The notes: generated by a model from the letters alone, not told the origin. DNA of 60,972 nt, filler included, from Vannella sp. (GCA_023345925.1; 5 parts of 5 records of this genome joined end to end with filler, not necessarily neighbours in it); one strand, 5' to 3'. Shown: positions 35,450 through 47,793, counted from the whole stretch's first letter. Numbers and translations: made by a program.

Positions 35450-38400
35450 CTAGTGAAGCGTTAATCGTTGGGTGATTGATGAAACCCATTGGAGAAGCTC
35501 GTCCTTTGAGCTGGCAGCTAAGATGATACTATCCCTTTTCCTTTCCATCTGGAAGGCGAAGGGTTTGCCGAGGGAAGGAGCAGCGCAGATCTTGGAAACG
35601 CTTGAAAGAGGAATACGGGATCGATACTTTCGGTCAGCATCCTCTTGAGAGCGGTAAATGTACAGAGTAGAACCTTTGATAATCAAATAGCGCTCAATCC
35701 ACTTCTTTTTCTCCTGTTGGAGTAGGTTGCCGTCGAGAATCTCCGCCACTCCATCCTCTTCTTGTGGTTCAGGGGGAGTTGATGATTGTGACTGACCTAA
35801 AGGATAAACTTCCAGTCCAATACTAATACTACCAGCAGATCGACGAGGTGGCTCTGCCTTGTTCAAAGCTTCGATTTCACCTATGACCCGGAGTGAGACG
35901 CTGGCCATCTTGACACTATTACTGCGCCTCATCCTCTTGTTACTAGGAGCAGCTTTCGTCTGTAATTCGATATCCTTAAAGAGGAATGTGTAGTTGTCCA
36001 GGATGTACTGGAACACTTGATTGACGACCTCGTACTGCAGCGAAAAGGGATTGATGTCTGGGTCTCCGTTGACAAGGACATTTGGCGCGAAGACCACTGC
36101 AATTGATGATGTGTTAAGCTTTGTGGAGGCTTCATTAGCTGCTACTTGACGAAGAAGCTTGAGCATGATTTGGAAGCAGTGGCGATTGGTTTTAGGCAGC
36201 TTGGTATTCAATAACTGGTACAGAGTATCCAATTTCACTGACTTGTCACTGATGGAGTGAGCTGCGATGAATTCATCGTACAGTGGCCACGTGAGAATCG
36301 GCTCTGGTAGTTCCCTTAACCACATCTTAAAGAGAGTAGCCACTGTGTGAATGTCCATGTTGCTAGAGAAGAAGAACTTCTTCCCTTGATCCAATTGGTC
36401 TCTGAGTTTCTCTATCTGAGAAGAGCGACCAGAGATGCGGAAGATACCTTCTGTTTCCAGACCATATTCTTCAATGAAATTGACTGACTTTGTGAGCATG
36501 AGCGGGACAGGTTGGCGGTCCCGTCGTACTAAAGTCTTCAGGTCAACCCCAAACACCTTTCTTTCTCGAATAAAGTCCCGGCGGACGTTGTTAAAGTGAA
36601 GGAGCCATTCTTCCTTCTCCTTCTCATTGTCAAGAGTGACAGTATACTTTGTCTTTTTGCCATTGGGTGCGTTTTGTTGGATGAGAGTCAGTGACATTAC
36701 CGCATCGCTTGGCACTGAGTCTATCTGAAGAGTGTGAATGCCTATTTGACCAACATAGTGGAAGCGACGAGAGTATAGCCGGCGCTGGGTGTAGATCAGA
36801 ACATCAGTAAACAGGAAAAGATAGTCGCTAAGCTTGTCCCCTCCCTCCAGTCGGAAGCGGGCGGCTCCTTCGTGCACAAGTAAACGATCAGGGACAATCA
36901 GGTTGTCATTCAAGTCCTCAATCTCGCTATCTATCTTCTGTAGCTTACTCAGCTGGCTCGCCAAGTCATCCTTCTGACGAGACTGATCCAAGATAGCCTG
37001 AAGCTCCTCGACAGCGTTGGCGAGATTCCCTCGATCTCTAGACTTGGGAGCAGCCAACTGGCAGAACTGCTCCGTATAGACAATGTACAAGTCCACACGA
37101 CGCAGAGGGAGGCTGAGAAGGTCGGTAAAGGACATGTTGTTCTTCTTCTCGAGCTCTCGGAGTTGATGGCGGAACTCCCGGTTCTCTTTCAGCAGCTTTT
37201 CGAGCATTTCCTTCGAGTCGTTGGCGTTCTCATGGTAGATGAGGTACGGAGAGAACTTGGGTGCGTAGAAGAGCATCATTTCCCCGAGTGGGACACTCGG
37301 GTAGCGATCGATCACGTATCGGACATCCTTCAAGAGGGCCTTGTGCAAGGCCAGGAGGTTCTCAAGCTCTGAGAATAGAACAGTGTCCTCTCTTGGTGTC
37401 ATGAAGGGGTGAAGAGGCTCACGGAAGAACTAAAAGTCTGATGAGCGTCACCTAAGGAAGGAAGTGTCGGACTTACCCGTTGAAGATACATCAGTTCGGT
37501 GGTGTAGGAGGTCTCAGACGCGGAAAGTCTTTCTAGGAGGCGATAGGAATCGTCCTGGCGACCGCTTTTGAGGTGTTCGCCTGACTGGACATCGATCAAC
37601 CCGTCGCAGGCCGAGACGACGCGCGAACAGAGGTCACGGAAGCTACGTAGGCTCTTGATGTCTTCGCTTTCCTCGAGAGTAGACATCTCTGCGTCGGCTT
37701 GGTCGCAGGGGGACACAGGAATAGAGGGTTCGGCCTTTTCCGTCTTGGTATGGCAGCTTTCCACTTGTTCCTGCATACAAGCCACCACACTGCTCATTAC
37801 TGTGAAAAGGGAGTTGTTTGAGGTGTTCTGGTACGTTGCTGAGTGTACATGAGCCTCATCTTCCAGTCCTTTGAGCCTTGAACGGAGGGAACGGAGGTTC
37901 TGCGTCACAGATGAGCTCTCAAGGACCATTCAAGTGCGGATTACGTACCTCCAAGGTTAGTTGTTGTTGTATTCTCTTCTCAGAGTCTCTGAAGAATGCT
38001 TCAAAGGAGTCTGACGCTGCTGTAGGAGCCACATCAGCTAAGATCGGGGAAGTTCTCGAGGAGAGCAACGCAGTGGGTTTGGGGAACAAGCTCAAGTCTG
38101 ATGAATCACACGTTTCTCTCCTCGAAGGAACTGGAGTGCTAAAGAGGATCTCATCCGAGTGGCGTGTGCGGGATCCAGTGCTGAGAGAGCGGCGGTGTTT
38201 CTTCTGTTGTTTGCGCGACTCAGACGTTGGCTGGCTAGCACGAAGATGGGGAAGTTCATGCAAGTTCCTTTCAGCAGTAGGCTTCCTCTTGGGAGTGAAA
38301 GACCCTGCAGAATCGCTTCGTGGCAAATCATCTGGTACCTTAAGCGCGGCATCGCCCAGTACTACTTCCTCGCTCTCCACACAGGTTGGAACGTCCTCCT

Positions 38401-38479
38401 GAACCACAATCTCCACAGGAAAAGACACCTTTGATATGCTATCCCCTCGAGCTCGCCCTTCCGCCACCACGGGTTCCAT
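35450..38479 (-). CDS. DH(RhoGEF)-PH-RhoGAP-PH protein
   Basis: SETSYTTEL, LFSELENLLALH, LLSLPLRRV, YLFLFTDVLIY, VFGVDL, TEGIFRISG, FKMWLRELPEP, VVFAPN, C-terminal PH. Confidence 0.88.
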
Positions 38480-38608
38480 CAGGCGGACGAGAAGGACAGA
38501 AAGGCTCCTTTTCCAAGGCGCAGAAACTCCTTTCTTGGTAATAACGGGATCACTCGTTGGCGCAAGGAGTGGGCCAATGTGCTCCTCGTTGACGGCATGT
38601 TTGGTGGT

Positions 38609-40561
38609 TTATTTGACGTGGTCTGCGGCGTATTGGCGCTCGTAGTGAAGGGGATCGACCTTGGCGGGATCTTGGACCCAGAGGAAGTTGTCTGGGTCGT
38701 GTGGGTCGTTGTACTTGATGGCGTCGGAGGTGGAGAAGAGGCGTTCCACGCGGATGTTTAGGTTGAGGCCGATGAAGTCGTAGGCGGAGAGGAGAGCTTG
38801 TTCGACAGTGTTGATGGGTGCGATTACGCACGAGTTCTTTGTCATCTCGTCGCACTCCGTCAAGCTGTTCGCCATGCTACTGGCATCTTGGCACTTGCGG
38901 AAGAACTCTGTTGTGTGTAGGTGTCCTCCACACACGCCATCGGAGAGAGAACCCTTCAGCCAACTCACCACCTCAATGTAGTGCAAGTTAAGGGCGGCGG
39001 CGATGTGCTTGAACATGGGGGCGCGTCGACCGAAGGGGAAGATCTCAATGACAGCTGCACGCGTGGTCAAGAACAGCTGGTTGGTTGCACCAGCACCGTG
39101 GACGACGATGTAGATGTCAGCCTCGGAGATGTCCTTCATGTGTGTCTTTAAGGGGGCAGTATCGCTCGAGGAGATGATCTTCGGTGTAAGGCCGTAGTAC
39201 TTCATCAAGGCAGCGACCTCGTCGACGTTTGACAGCTCGTCCTTGTTGTTATGGCCGCGTTGGTCGATGACGACGATCCCTGTGTAGTCTGGCGTCTCGC
39301 GGTGGTCTCCTCGCATATCCAGTCCTTTAGGAGAGGGAACAGTCATTCCGTTTCGCTCAAAGATCTTCTCACGGAAGCGAAGGGCAGTGTGCAGACCACT
39401 GAAAAGGCGGGGCTTTTGTGATACAATCACCGCGTGGCGAGAGCAGATCAGGTTCTTGGGTGATATCGCCTTCTCTGCATGCTTTCGTGGCGCAGGGTTG
39501 AAGTTCTCGGCCTCTGCAGGGGTGATCTGTAACTTACGATACTCTTCCGGCACGGTTTTGTCACCTTTGAAGTCCTCTAGCTTGGCGGAGCTGCTCATGA
39601 ACCACAGATCAAGTAAGAACGAGGTTTGGGGTTGAGCCATAGTGCGATACATCTCACGCTCGATCCCAGGAGTGAGATAAGACCGTCTTAGGACGACATA
39701 GTCGATGGGGGGCAACTTATCCGTGTCTGGAAGTGTGTTGTTAAGGAACTGAGCGTCCCAAAGATTCAGTCCCTGCATAGAAGAGAGGTAGATGTTGTCC
39801 GCAGTGTCATCATTGGCAGCAAAGTACAATCCGCCAGGCAACACCTCAATCGTCTCTGTCTCTGCCTTCATCGACGCAGGTTGCATCTCGTAAGGGTGAT
39901 GATCCTTATCAGGTCCCGCAAAGGTCGAAGCGAACGGCACATAGTCCGACTTGGCAGGGGGAAAGGGAGTCGGCTCCCAATAGACGGGATCGAGGCTGGC
40001 GCCCTTCTCTGAGCCCTCGAGAGGGTACTCATAGAGGTTCTTGTGGGAAGGAAGCTCAGGATCAAGGAAGATCACGTTGGTTCCGTCGTAGCAGAGGTTC
40101 TCGTACACGCAGATGTCGGAAAAGTCCTCCGCTCGGTAGCATCGCCACGTCGTGCGCCACTGCTCGAAGGGAAGTTCGTGGTCTCTCGCCATCTCTTGGA
40201 CAGAGCGAAGATCGGTTCGCATGCGTTGGGGAACGGCTTCGGCATTCACGGGTGGGATAGGGGCTGGAGGTTCTCCTTGCTCTTCTCGCTCTTCTTGGGG
40301 TGGATCCTCATCACTCAAGGTCCCTGAGACCGTAGGTTGATGGACAGCGTTTGGAGGCTTGTGTTCGGCTGGATTGGCGTTCGCTGGCGCTTGAACTTGG
40401 CGAACAAGAACGTTTTCGAGAAAGCGCATGCGCTCCTCCAAGGCCTGCACCTTCAAGTGGTGCATTTCATCTCGATACTGCATCACCTGTAAGATCATGT
40501 AAAAGATGATCACGGAGGCCAACCCAGCCATGAACACCTGAGGTGTGAACTTTAGACCCAT
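38609..40561 (-). CDS. Type II membrane glycosyltransferase, GT61 (DUF563)-like
   Basis: N-terminal TM, CVYENLCY, and ADIYIVVHGAGATNQLFL...VIEIFP. Confidence 0.8.
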   Translation of the reverse strand: MGLKFTPQVFMAGLASVIIFYMILQVMQYRDEMHHLKVQALEERMRFLENVLVRQVQAPANANPAEHKPPNAVHQPTVSGTLSDEDPPQEEREEQGEPPAPIPPVNAEAVPQRMRTDLRSVQEMARDHELPFEQWRTTWRCYRAEDFSDICVYENLCYDGTNVIFLDPELPSHKNLYEYPLEGSEKGASLDPVYWEPTPFPPAKSDYVPFASTFAGPDKDHHPYEMQPASMKAETETIEVLPGGLYFAANDDTADNIYLSSMQGLNLWDAQFLNNTLPDTDKLPPIDYVVLRRSYLTPGIEREMYRTMAQPQTSFLLDLWFMSSSAKLEDFKGDKTVPEEYRKLQITPAEAENFNPAPRKHAEKAISPKNLICSRHAVIVSQKPRLFSGLHTALRFREKIFERNGMTVPSPKGLDMRGDHRETPDYTGIVVIDQRGHNNKDELSNVDEVAALMKYYGLTPKIISSSDTAPLKTHMKDISEADIYIVVHGAGATNQLFLTTRAAVIEIFPFGRRAPMFKHIAAALNLHYIEVVSWLKGSLSDGVCGGHLHTTEFFRKCQDASSMANSLTECDEMTKNSCVIAPINTVEQALLSAYDFIGLNLNIRVERLFSTSDAIKYNDPHDPDNFLWVQDPAKVDPLHYERQYAADHVK

Positions 40562-40783
40562 CAAGCGGCCACCAGAAACTGTCCCAACTCAGGCCTTCCA
40601 TTTATCCTCAGCTGTTCACCCTTTCTGTCAGATTCTTTCTTGCAGTGGGCTTTGAAACTGCCCTGCCGGTGGGAGGTCCCGTTACTGTTACTGTGCTGGA
40701 GAAGGAGAAGGAGGGCGTTGGGGTTCTCTTGATGTTTATTGGAAGTGAGCACTAAGGAACCACACTAGGTCCTGGTGGGTGGT

Positions 40784-40936
40784 TTAGGGAAGCTTCTTTC
40801 CGGTGAGAGACATGGCAGCTCCGTGGACGGCTCCGTAGACGCCAGCGTCAACTCCAGCAATCTTGCCATCTCCATCAATGTCCTTTCCAGTGACCTTCTC
40901 GGCAGTGTTGATTCCATCCTTCAGCTTGTTGAACAT
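40784..40936 (-). CDS. 50-aa small protein with DxDxDG motif
   Basis: MFNKLKDGINTAEKVTGKDIDGDGKIAGVDAGVYGAVHGAAMSLTGKKLP*. GCCACCATG start context; all Lys codons are AAG. Confidence 0.65.
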   Translation of the reverse strand: MFNKLKDGINTAEKVTGKDIDGDGKIAGVDAGVYGAVHGAAMSLTGKKLP

Positions 40937-41037
40937 GGTGGCTCTCGTGCAAAATGCCGTTGAGAAACCTCCTCTCTGCCTAAATAGCAGCCGGCGTAAT
41001 ATTGCCGCAATAAATGATCCACTTTACGATCATCTAG

Positions 41038-41137
41038 NNNNNNNNNNNNNNNNNNNNNNNNNNNNNNNNNNNNNNNNNNNNTTAATTAATTAANNNNNNN
41101 NNNNNNNNNNNNNNNNNNNNNNNNNNNNNNNNNNNNN
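41038..41137. other. Artificial contig linker
   Basis: N-run/TTAATTAATTAA/N-run. Confidence 0.98.
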
Positions 41138-41670
41138 TTCCACCTGCGGTAGGGTCTGCCACTCCTTCTCTCTCACACACGCTGCATTGATGCCGTAAAA
41201 GAAGCTGGTCACACCTCGACAGAGAGCGAGGACCTGCAAGCCAAGAGGGCGGTGAGATGGAGCGCCCGGGAGGAGGAGTATGTACGCACCAGCTCACGGG
41301 CTCCGAACTGGAAGATGAAGTCTGATGAGTACATGCTCGCAGCTGATCGTGGGAACGACTCGACAGAGGCGAGGTGGGCCAAGTGCTGTAAGGAAACGTG
41401 CAAGTTGGGCGTCTGCGAGAAGCTGAGGAGGTCGGCAGCGACTTCAACGCGCTTCTTCTCTCCCTTAAAGTCTCCGGGGTACCTTTCTATCCAAAGGAGA
41501 AGGAAGCAACGGACGCTGGGCTTGAAACTTAGTTGTTTCAGTCACGCGAGAGCGCTGACTCACCCATCAAGGTCGTATTTCAGTGCTGGATTGGAAACTG
41601 CGGTCCGGATGAAGAACAGAACGCCCAGGGGATCCATGTGCACGTGATTACCGGATAAGAACTCGTTCAT
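41138..41670 (-). CDS. RasGEF N-terminal (REM)-like protein, 3' truncated
   Basis: After splicing: EFLSGNHVHMDPLGVL...GVRCFLLLWIERYPGDF, then FGARELV. 5' end uncertain. Confidence 0.55.
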
Positions 41671-42424
41671 GTCTTCCCTTCCCGTCAACGCGTTCCTTTT
41701 CTTCCTCTTCTCCTCTCACCTTCGTTCCGACAGTTCGCTTGACTCAGCAATCGCTCAAGGCGCACATAGATGCCTTCCTTCCGCACAGCAAAGAAGGAGG
41801 ACTCCATGAGAAATGGTCTTCAGGCGTCAAGGCGCGGGTCTTTGATTGGTCGCTCTTCGTCGACCCGCTTTTCCCAGTGTTGGCTTGAGGCCCCTTTTCT
41901 AACCATGTTAAATCCTGTCGATTGGTGTTGTAACAACCATTACCATGGGAACTGGAATTTTTCCGAAAACGGAATTCGACACTTGGAAGAGAGATTGACC
42001 GAAAAGCCATTGAAAGAGGACGATTCTGATAGAGTGGCTTCGGGAACGGTGAACGTCTTACCCTGCAGGAGGGGTTTATCATTGATTTACCCTTCGCAGG
42101 CCATTCCAGAGTTCACACTCCCCAGTGAACCATGTCCGCTGGACGGAATTTATTAGAAGCACTTTTCAGCGTGGTTTAGTGGGGCCGTGAACTCTCCCAC
42201 CAGATGCGCCTCACTGGTGATGGTGTGTTGCTGAACGTCTGCTGCACAACATTAGGGGTTCCTTTTGAGGCGAGGAGAAGTCAGTTCTTCGTTGATTTTT
42301 CCTTGGTTGGTAACCCTACTAAACCCTAATCTTTCGTTTGCAACATCGCCTTCCGTCTCACCGGTAAGCTCACTAAGCTGACTACAAAGCAGATAATTTC
42401 GTGGATCATTTCTTTTGGTTGTTC

Positions 42425-45277
42425 ATGTCGGACAAGGCGGGCAAACCGACCAAGCCGGAGGATGCCCAAGCCTCTTACAGTCCTTCGAGTAGGAAGAAGC
42501 GAGCAGTGGAGATCACTTCATCACCTTCTGTACGTGGATTTAGGGGAGTGGGCTGCGCGCCAAGTGTAAGTGCCTTCGTGGACACGAACGGAAAGCCGAG
42601 GGACTACACCGCCTCGGTCCCGCGGAAAGACGCTCCTGTGGATAAGACAGAACTACTCAAGAACCCCCGTTATCGTATCCTGAAGGAGATCAAAGACTCC
42701 GAGCGGACGTACCTGACCTTTCTGCAATCCGTTGCTCTTCTCTTCCTATCGCCCTGCAAGAGCTCTACCTCGACAGCAAGCCCCATCCTCACGCCGGCAC
42801 TTATAGAAGACCTCTTTGGGAACATCCTTGAGGTTGTGGAGATCTCAACGCAGGTTCTTCAAGCGATCGAGGTTCTCGCTCATCCACAAGGCTGGGATAG
42901 CGAGAACTCCACTGTTGGAGACCTATTCTTTGAGCTTATCGATGTACGTTCTCTTCCTTGCTCCAGTGAACTGAGTTGACCGTCTACTAAGGGAGACCTA
43001 CCTCGTGTCTATTCAGACTACGTTGCTGGATACGGGAAGCGACTGAAAGCCTTGGCCTCCACACCAGAGCAATTTAACCTCTTTCGTAGATCGCAAGAGG
43101 GCGGGCAGCTTTGTGGGAACCATACGCTGAGTTCGCTTCTTATCACACCCATCCAGCGCATTCCTCGCTATGTCCTGCTCCTCAGGGACCTCAAACGACA
43201 TACTCCAGTAGGACATGAAGATATCCCTTTACTTTCACGAGCCATGAGCGAGTTCGAGAGCCTCACAGACCAGCTGGACCAAATCAAGCGCAAGGCTGAC
43301 ACACGAGACCAGTATTCCACCACTCTTTCAAGCCTTCAGAAGAAGGGAGACCCCAAGATACGGGCTGCTATCGAAAAGGGGGACATTGAAGCCGCTGGAT
43401 TCATTGTTGAATTCCACGAAGGCGAATATGTCCCTCTCTTTTGCGTTCTCTTCAGCGATATGGTGGTGGGATGTGTGCTTAAGAAAGACATGACTGTCGC
43501 TCGAGTTAGATGGTGTATTGATCTTCACAGTGCATATCTGGCACGCGCAACGAGAGAGATTGGCCCTGAACTGGGCAGGAAGCTGGAAATAACCAACGAC
43601 TATATCATTCTTACTGAGCTCCGTTGCATCCACCAAGAGCCATTCAGCCAGAACTTTACTTTTGAGCTGTTCCCCACAAAGGCACCGTATGATATGGGAT
43701 TTTGGTATAATTCCATCCTCACAGTCGTTTCGTCTCTTTGGTTTGACAACAAAGTGCTTTTAAGCAACTCCTACCGGTTTAGGCGGCACATAGAAGATCA
43801 CCTTTTCCCGTTGAGTCAGTGGAGACTGATTCAATTAGCTGGCAGCGAGCAGACCTTCCATCCTGGAGAAGTTATTATTCACGAAGTACGTCACATGATA
43901 CGAAGATTTTGGCATTAGCTCACTATCTCCCACAGGGGACAAAATCACAACAACTTTGTATGATTCTCGAAGGCCAGGTTCGGGTGACCAAACCAAGTAC
44001 CCTCAAAAACACTGTTCTTACTCGTCTAAGAAAGTAAGTGACTCAAAAATGCGGCTTAGATGTTGCTAACAACCTGTAGGCGAGAGTTCTTTGGCGAGTT
44101 CAGCTATTTGACCTTCAATCAAGGTCAATCTGTTTCTACCGTCACGGCATCAACTCGCACAACAATCTCAATGGTTTCATTTAGTGCTCTGACAAATATC
44201 CTCCTCTCTGACCCTCTCATGATGTACCGCTTCTTTCGTTTCCAGTGTGTGGCGATGGCAAATCGGCTGGTTTTACAGCTATTCACTCGCCTTAACAGTG
44301 GCCAAGTCCGCCAAAAGCGGCGAGATTCCCAAATGCTTCAAAAGAATCTATCTTTAATGACCAATACCGAAGAGGATGACGAGGAAGTGAAGGAGGATTC
44401 TGAGGATTCTGCCTCAGAGCTTTATATCCCGTGCGAGTCATCCCCAGAGCCCTTCTCAGCATCTCCTTCCTGCCCACTCTCTAGGAAGTATGCTCATGTT
44501 ATTTCAAAACAGCTTCCTGATAACGAAGAAGTCCTCTTAGAGCTCAATGTAGAGCTGGGAGGGTTTATCGGAACAGGCAAGAAAGGCAAATTCCTCTTCT
44601 TAAACCGCCATATCTGCGTGGTGACAAAGTCTGGATTCAGTCAAAAAGGCCGATTAATCTCTTTTCCAGACATCCAACAGCTTCTGGAAAATGAGAACCA
44701 GCACATGCTGGTCATCATCGGGCGCCTCTTAACAGGAGAGGTCGTCGAGCTTCAATGTTGTTTTGAAACGCATTCGGACTACTGCCGCACCAACTCCCTT
44801 CTTCAGACCATGGTTGCTAACACACACGGCGATCCGCAGTCCCTCCGCGACGAAACTCCCTTCGAGGGTCTTGATTTCGACAAGCAAGAATGGGACTTTT
44901 TCCTCTCTCAAATGCCCCAGAGGAAGTACCCTCGAGGGGATTACTTGGCCAGGTTAGCCACTACAGCAGAAACAGTCTTTTTGGTGCTCTCTGGACAGTT
45001 TGAGATTCGGACAAACCTGGACAAGTCCTCCACAACAGAACACAACCCACTTGTGGGCGCCGGTGCGATTTTTGGTGATCTCACCTTCATTCAAGGTGGT
45101 ATCGCTACAGCAGATATTGTTGCCTTTTCAGAGGACTGTGAAGTCGTCTGCTTTGAAAAGGGCATCATTGACGAACTCACAACCACAAACCCCGCCCTTG
45201 TGGGCAAATTCTATCGCTTCTTGGCTGCCCAAATGGTGGATCGCTTCCTTGCTCTACAATCAAGTCTTCTCAGCTGA
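42425..45277 (+). CDS. DH(RhoGEF)-PH + cNMP-binding-GRAM-like-cNMP-binding protein
   Basis: EIKDSERTYL, LFGNILEV, LLITPIQRIPRYVLLL; cNMP GEVIIHEG...FFGEFSYL and GDYLAR...GAIFGDLTFI; LPDNEEVL...GKFLF between them. Confidence 0.82.
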
Positions 45278-45373
45278 TCAAACCCATTAAAGTGATAAGC
45301 AGAGGCCCATTTGCCAGGAAGTCTGATCCCAAGGGAAAGGGCGAGGAGAGAACGGAACTTTGTTGAGCTGTTT

Positions 45374-45640
45374 TTACTCTGCAAGTCCAGTTGTATCTGA
45401 GTACCTGTTCCCAGAAGTAGTATTAGAGTCTAGACACGATCAGAAGTAAGGGACCACGTACGATTCCATAGCACCCATCACCACTCGAACAGACTCGATA
45501 AAGCGATCGGTACACCGCAGCATGCAGTTCCGTTCTGCAGGCGCTAGCTTCACATCAGGATGCGCCACACAAGCTTTGTAACACTGAGAAGTTGCCGTTG
45601 TAGACAACATCTGCACCGCAGCAACAGCTTGCTCGTCCAT
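45374..45640 (-). CDS. Small Tim chaperone (Tim8/Tim13 family)
   Basis: Twin CX3C motif CYKAC...ERNCMLRCTDRFIES. One intron before a short last exon. Confidence 0.85.
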
Positions 45641-45768
45641 GCCCAAAGACCAAGAATAAATGGACTTCCTGGAAATGCCCAACTTTGATCAATGAGCCGA
45701 CCATTCCATGTGAAATGAAATTTTGCATGTCCCTATTCAATGGAACATTTGAGTTTGCGTCATTGTTT

Positions 45769-47151
45769 ATGTTTGGCTCGTGGAAGAACAGGTTGTCGCC
45801 TCAGCAGTTTTCGAAGCATGAGGATGTTTATGCTGCGGCGCATGAGTGCAAGGAAACAGAGAACCCACAAAGCTGTATTGAGATTGCGTATGCGCTTGTG
45901 TATGCCCCGATGATGGAGCGCAACCCGGTGCTGAGCCGCGCCATCCTCACCCAGTTGTGTTCTGAGCAACATTATGCGCCAGCCTGTCGCTTGTTGGGTG
46001 ATATGGTCACAGATGTTACAAGACCAAAGATAGAGGACCCTGTACAGGAGTCTTTGGCTGCCTACAATGCTGGATGTACTGTGGGAGACCCGATAGCGTG
46101 TCGCCTTTTCGCAGAGAAGGTGGCAGAGAACGACCTGCGAGGGGCAAACCACACACTTATACTCAGATACAACACAGCCGCCTTCCAAATGAGCGAGAAT
46201 CTGCTAAAGCACGTCCCAGAGAACGATCTGGACCAGACTGCTGTCCAACGCCTCCCTAAAGGCCCCCGCCACTATCCCATCCCCACTCGATCACTAGATG
46301 AGGTTGCAGATCTTCACCATAACATGTTCAAGTCCCTCTCAAACATCTTGAGCTCTCCTCTCACAGAGCAAACAGGAGGCGCCATCCCTTTGGTTGATCT
46401 TCACTCACTCGCTTCGCGTGAGATCGATTTGGACAGTACTCTGGCCCGCTTCCGAAGAAACACGGTCTATAGAATCAACACGATCTCTGGACAGTACGAT
46501 GAGGGCTACTTTGTCACCAGCAAAGTGCGAGGGAGCGATGATGCTCATTCGGACATCGTTCCCCCGTGGTTTGCACGTCTGATCACGATATCACTCGATC
46601 CCCCTGTCACTACAAAAGATAGCATCACGGTGGATCAGGCCCGGGCTCTCCGTGATCAACACTTGAATGCGGCACTGAAAGGATACGAGGATCTCTGTGC
46701 TCGTGCTGATCAGGGAAGCTGCTACCATCTCGGAAAGATGTGGAAAGATATGTATCTCCTCGAAAGAGATCAGAGTCACCTGGCCAATGCAGTCACCGCC
46801 TTCCAAAGGGGCTGCAAGAAGAAGGAATCACTCTGTTGCTCCACGTTGGGGGATCTTTACGCTACAGCTTACCGAGCCACTGACCTGCCTGAGGATGTAG
46901 CCAAGTTTAATCACCAGCAAGCTAAGCTCTTCTACTTCCAGAGCTGCAAAGAGGATGCGAGCTCATGTCTTGACCTGGCCACTTCCCTGCGCAAAGAAGG
47001 AGACCTGGACATGGCAGTCAAGATGATCACACATGCTTGCAAGATTGGGGAAAACCCCCAAGCTTGTCAACTCCTCCAAACCGTTCTTCGAGACGACAAG
47101 GCGAACGGCAAAGAAGGTTTCCTTACTCAAGTGTCCAAAGCCTCCAAATAA
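45769..47151 (+). CDS. Cys-rich Sel1-like (SLR/Hcp-type) repeat protein
   Basis: Repeats PACRLLGDM, GSCYHLGKMW, LCCSTLGDLY, SSCLDLA, ACKIGENPQAC. Confidence 0.75.
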   Translation: MFGSWKNRLSPQQFSKHEDVYAAAHECKETENPQSCIEIAYALVYAPMMERNPVLSRAILTQLCSEQHYAPACRLLGDMVTDVTRPKIEDPVQESLAAYNAGCTVGDPIACRLFAEKVAENDLRGANHTLILRYNTAAFQMSENLLKHVPENDLDQTAVQRLPKGPRHYPIPTRSLDEVADLHHNMFKSLSNILSSPLTEQTGGAIPLVDLHSLASREIDLDSTLARFRRNTVYRINTISGQYDEGYFVTSKVRGSDDAHSDIVPPWFARLITISLDPPVTTKDSITVDQARALRDQHLNAALKGYEDLCARADQGSCYHLGKMWKDMYLLERDQSHLANAVTAFQRGCKKKESLCCSTLGDLYATAYRATDLPEDVAKFNHQQAKLFYFQSCKEDASSCLDLATSLRKEGDLDMAVKMITHACKIGENPQACQLLQTVLRDDKANGKEGFLTQVSKASK

Positions 47152-47262
47152 ACCAAATTTACACCCATTTATAACAATGGGTTTCTGTACAAACAAACAG
47201 GTGAAGATGTAAGGGCCGGCCTGACCTGGTTGCCGTAACCTTCACCTGACCACGGGGAACGT

Positions 47263-47793
47263 TCACTCGGCTGAGTGGACGATGTCAAGGAGAGGCACAC
47301 CATCGAGAGACTCTCCCCGCCACCGCGCCCAGTGTTTGGAAAGGAGACAGACTTCAGGGAGCTCTGGGATCTCTTCGTTGACAGAGATGAGAACAGCAAA
47401 CTTCTCAAGGAGGACAACAGTGACGGGGACGGTGATATTGGAGTGAAATCGGGCTCTAACGTGTCGGCCCATCGCCAGGGGGATGGCATTATCGACCTTT
47501 TGTTTCTTCGAGGCAGGCTTGAAGTCGCTGGGAGCATCTTCTACTTCGTGCAGCGACGCGTCGTTCATCTCAAAGATGAGATCATCGGCATCCGTGTCTG
47601 TCTCGTCCTCAACGAAGAGTGCGCGGGTCCTCTTGAGGCGTCGTGAGAGCGGGGGAGAGTACGCCATACGCCGCGACAACATCGGATTAACAACCGTTCC
47701 ATCTCCTTTGAACTTCTCAGCATGAGCTTTCCGCGGTTTGTGAAAGTACTGCAACGCCAAGCTGATGGGCGAAAGGCACGGACCCATGTCCAT
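47263..47793 (-). CDS. Hypothetical protein
   Basis: Intronless ORF with an acidic patch and an NLS-like PASKKQKV. Confidence 0.5.
   Translation of the reverse strand: MDMGPCLSPISLALQYFHKPRKAHAEKFKGDGTVVNPMLSRRMAYSPPLSRRLKRTRALFVEDETDTDADDLIFEMNDASLHEVEDAPSDFKPASKKQKVDNAIPLAMGRHVRARFHSNITVPVTVVLLEKFAVLISVNEEIPELPEVCLLSKHWARWRGESLDGVPLLDIVHSAE

Noticed and set aside
42160..42400. Short hairpins and an AAACCCTAA motif suggesting an ncRNA or telomere remnant
   Set aside because: No recognisable RNA family and only a single copy of the motif; consistent with promoter or UTR sequence.
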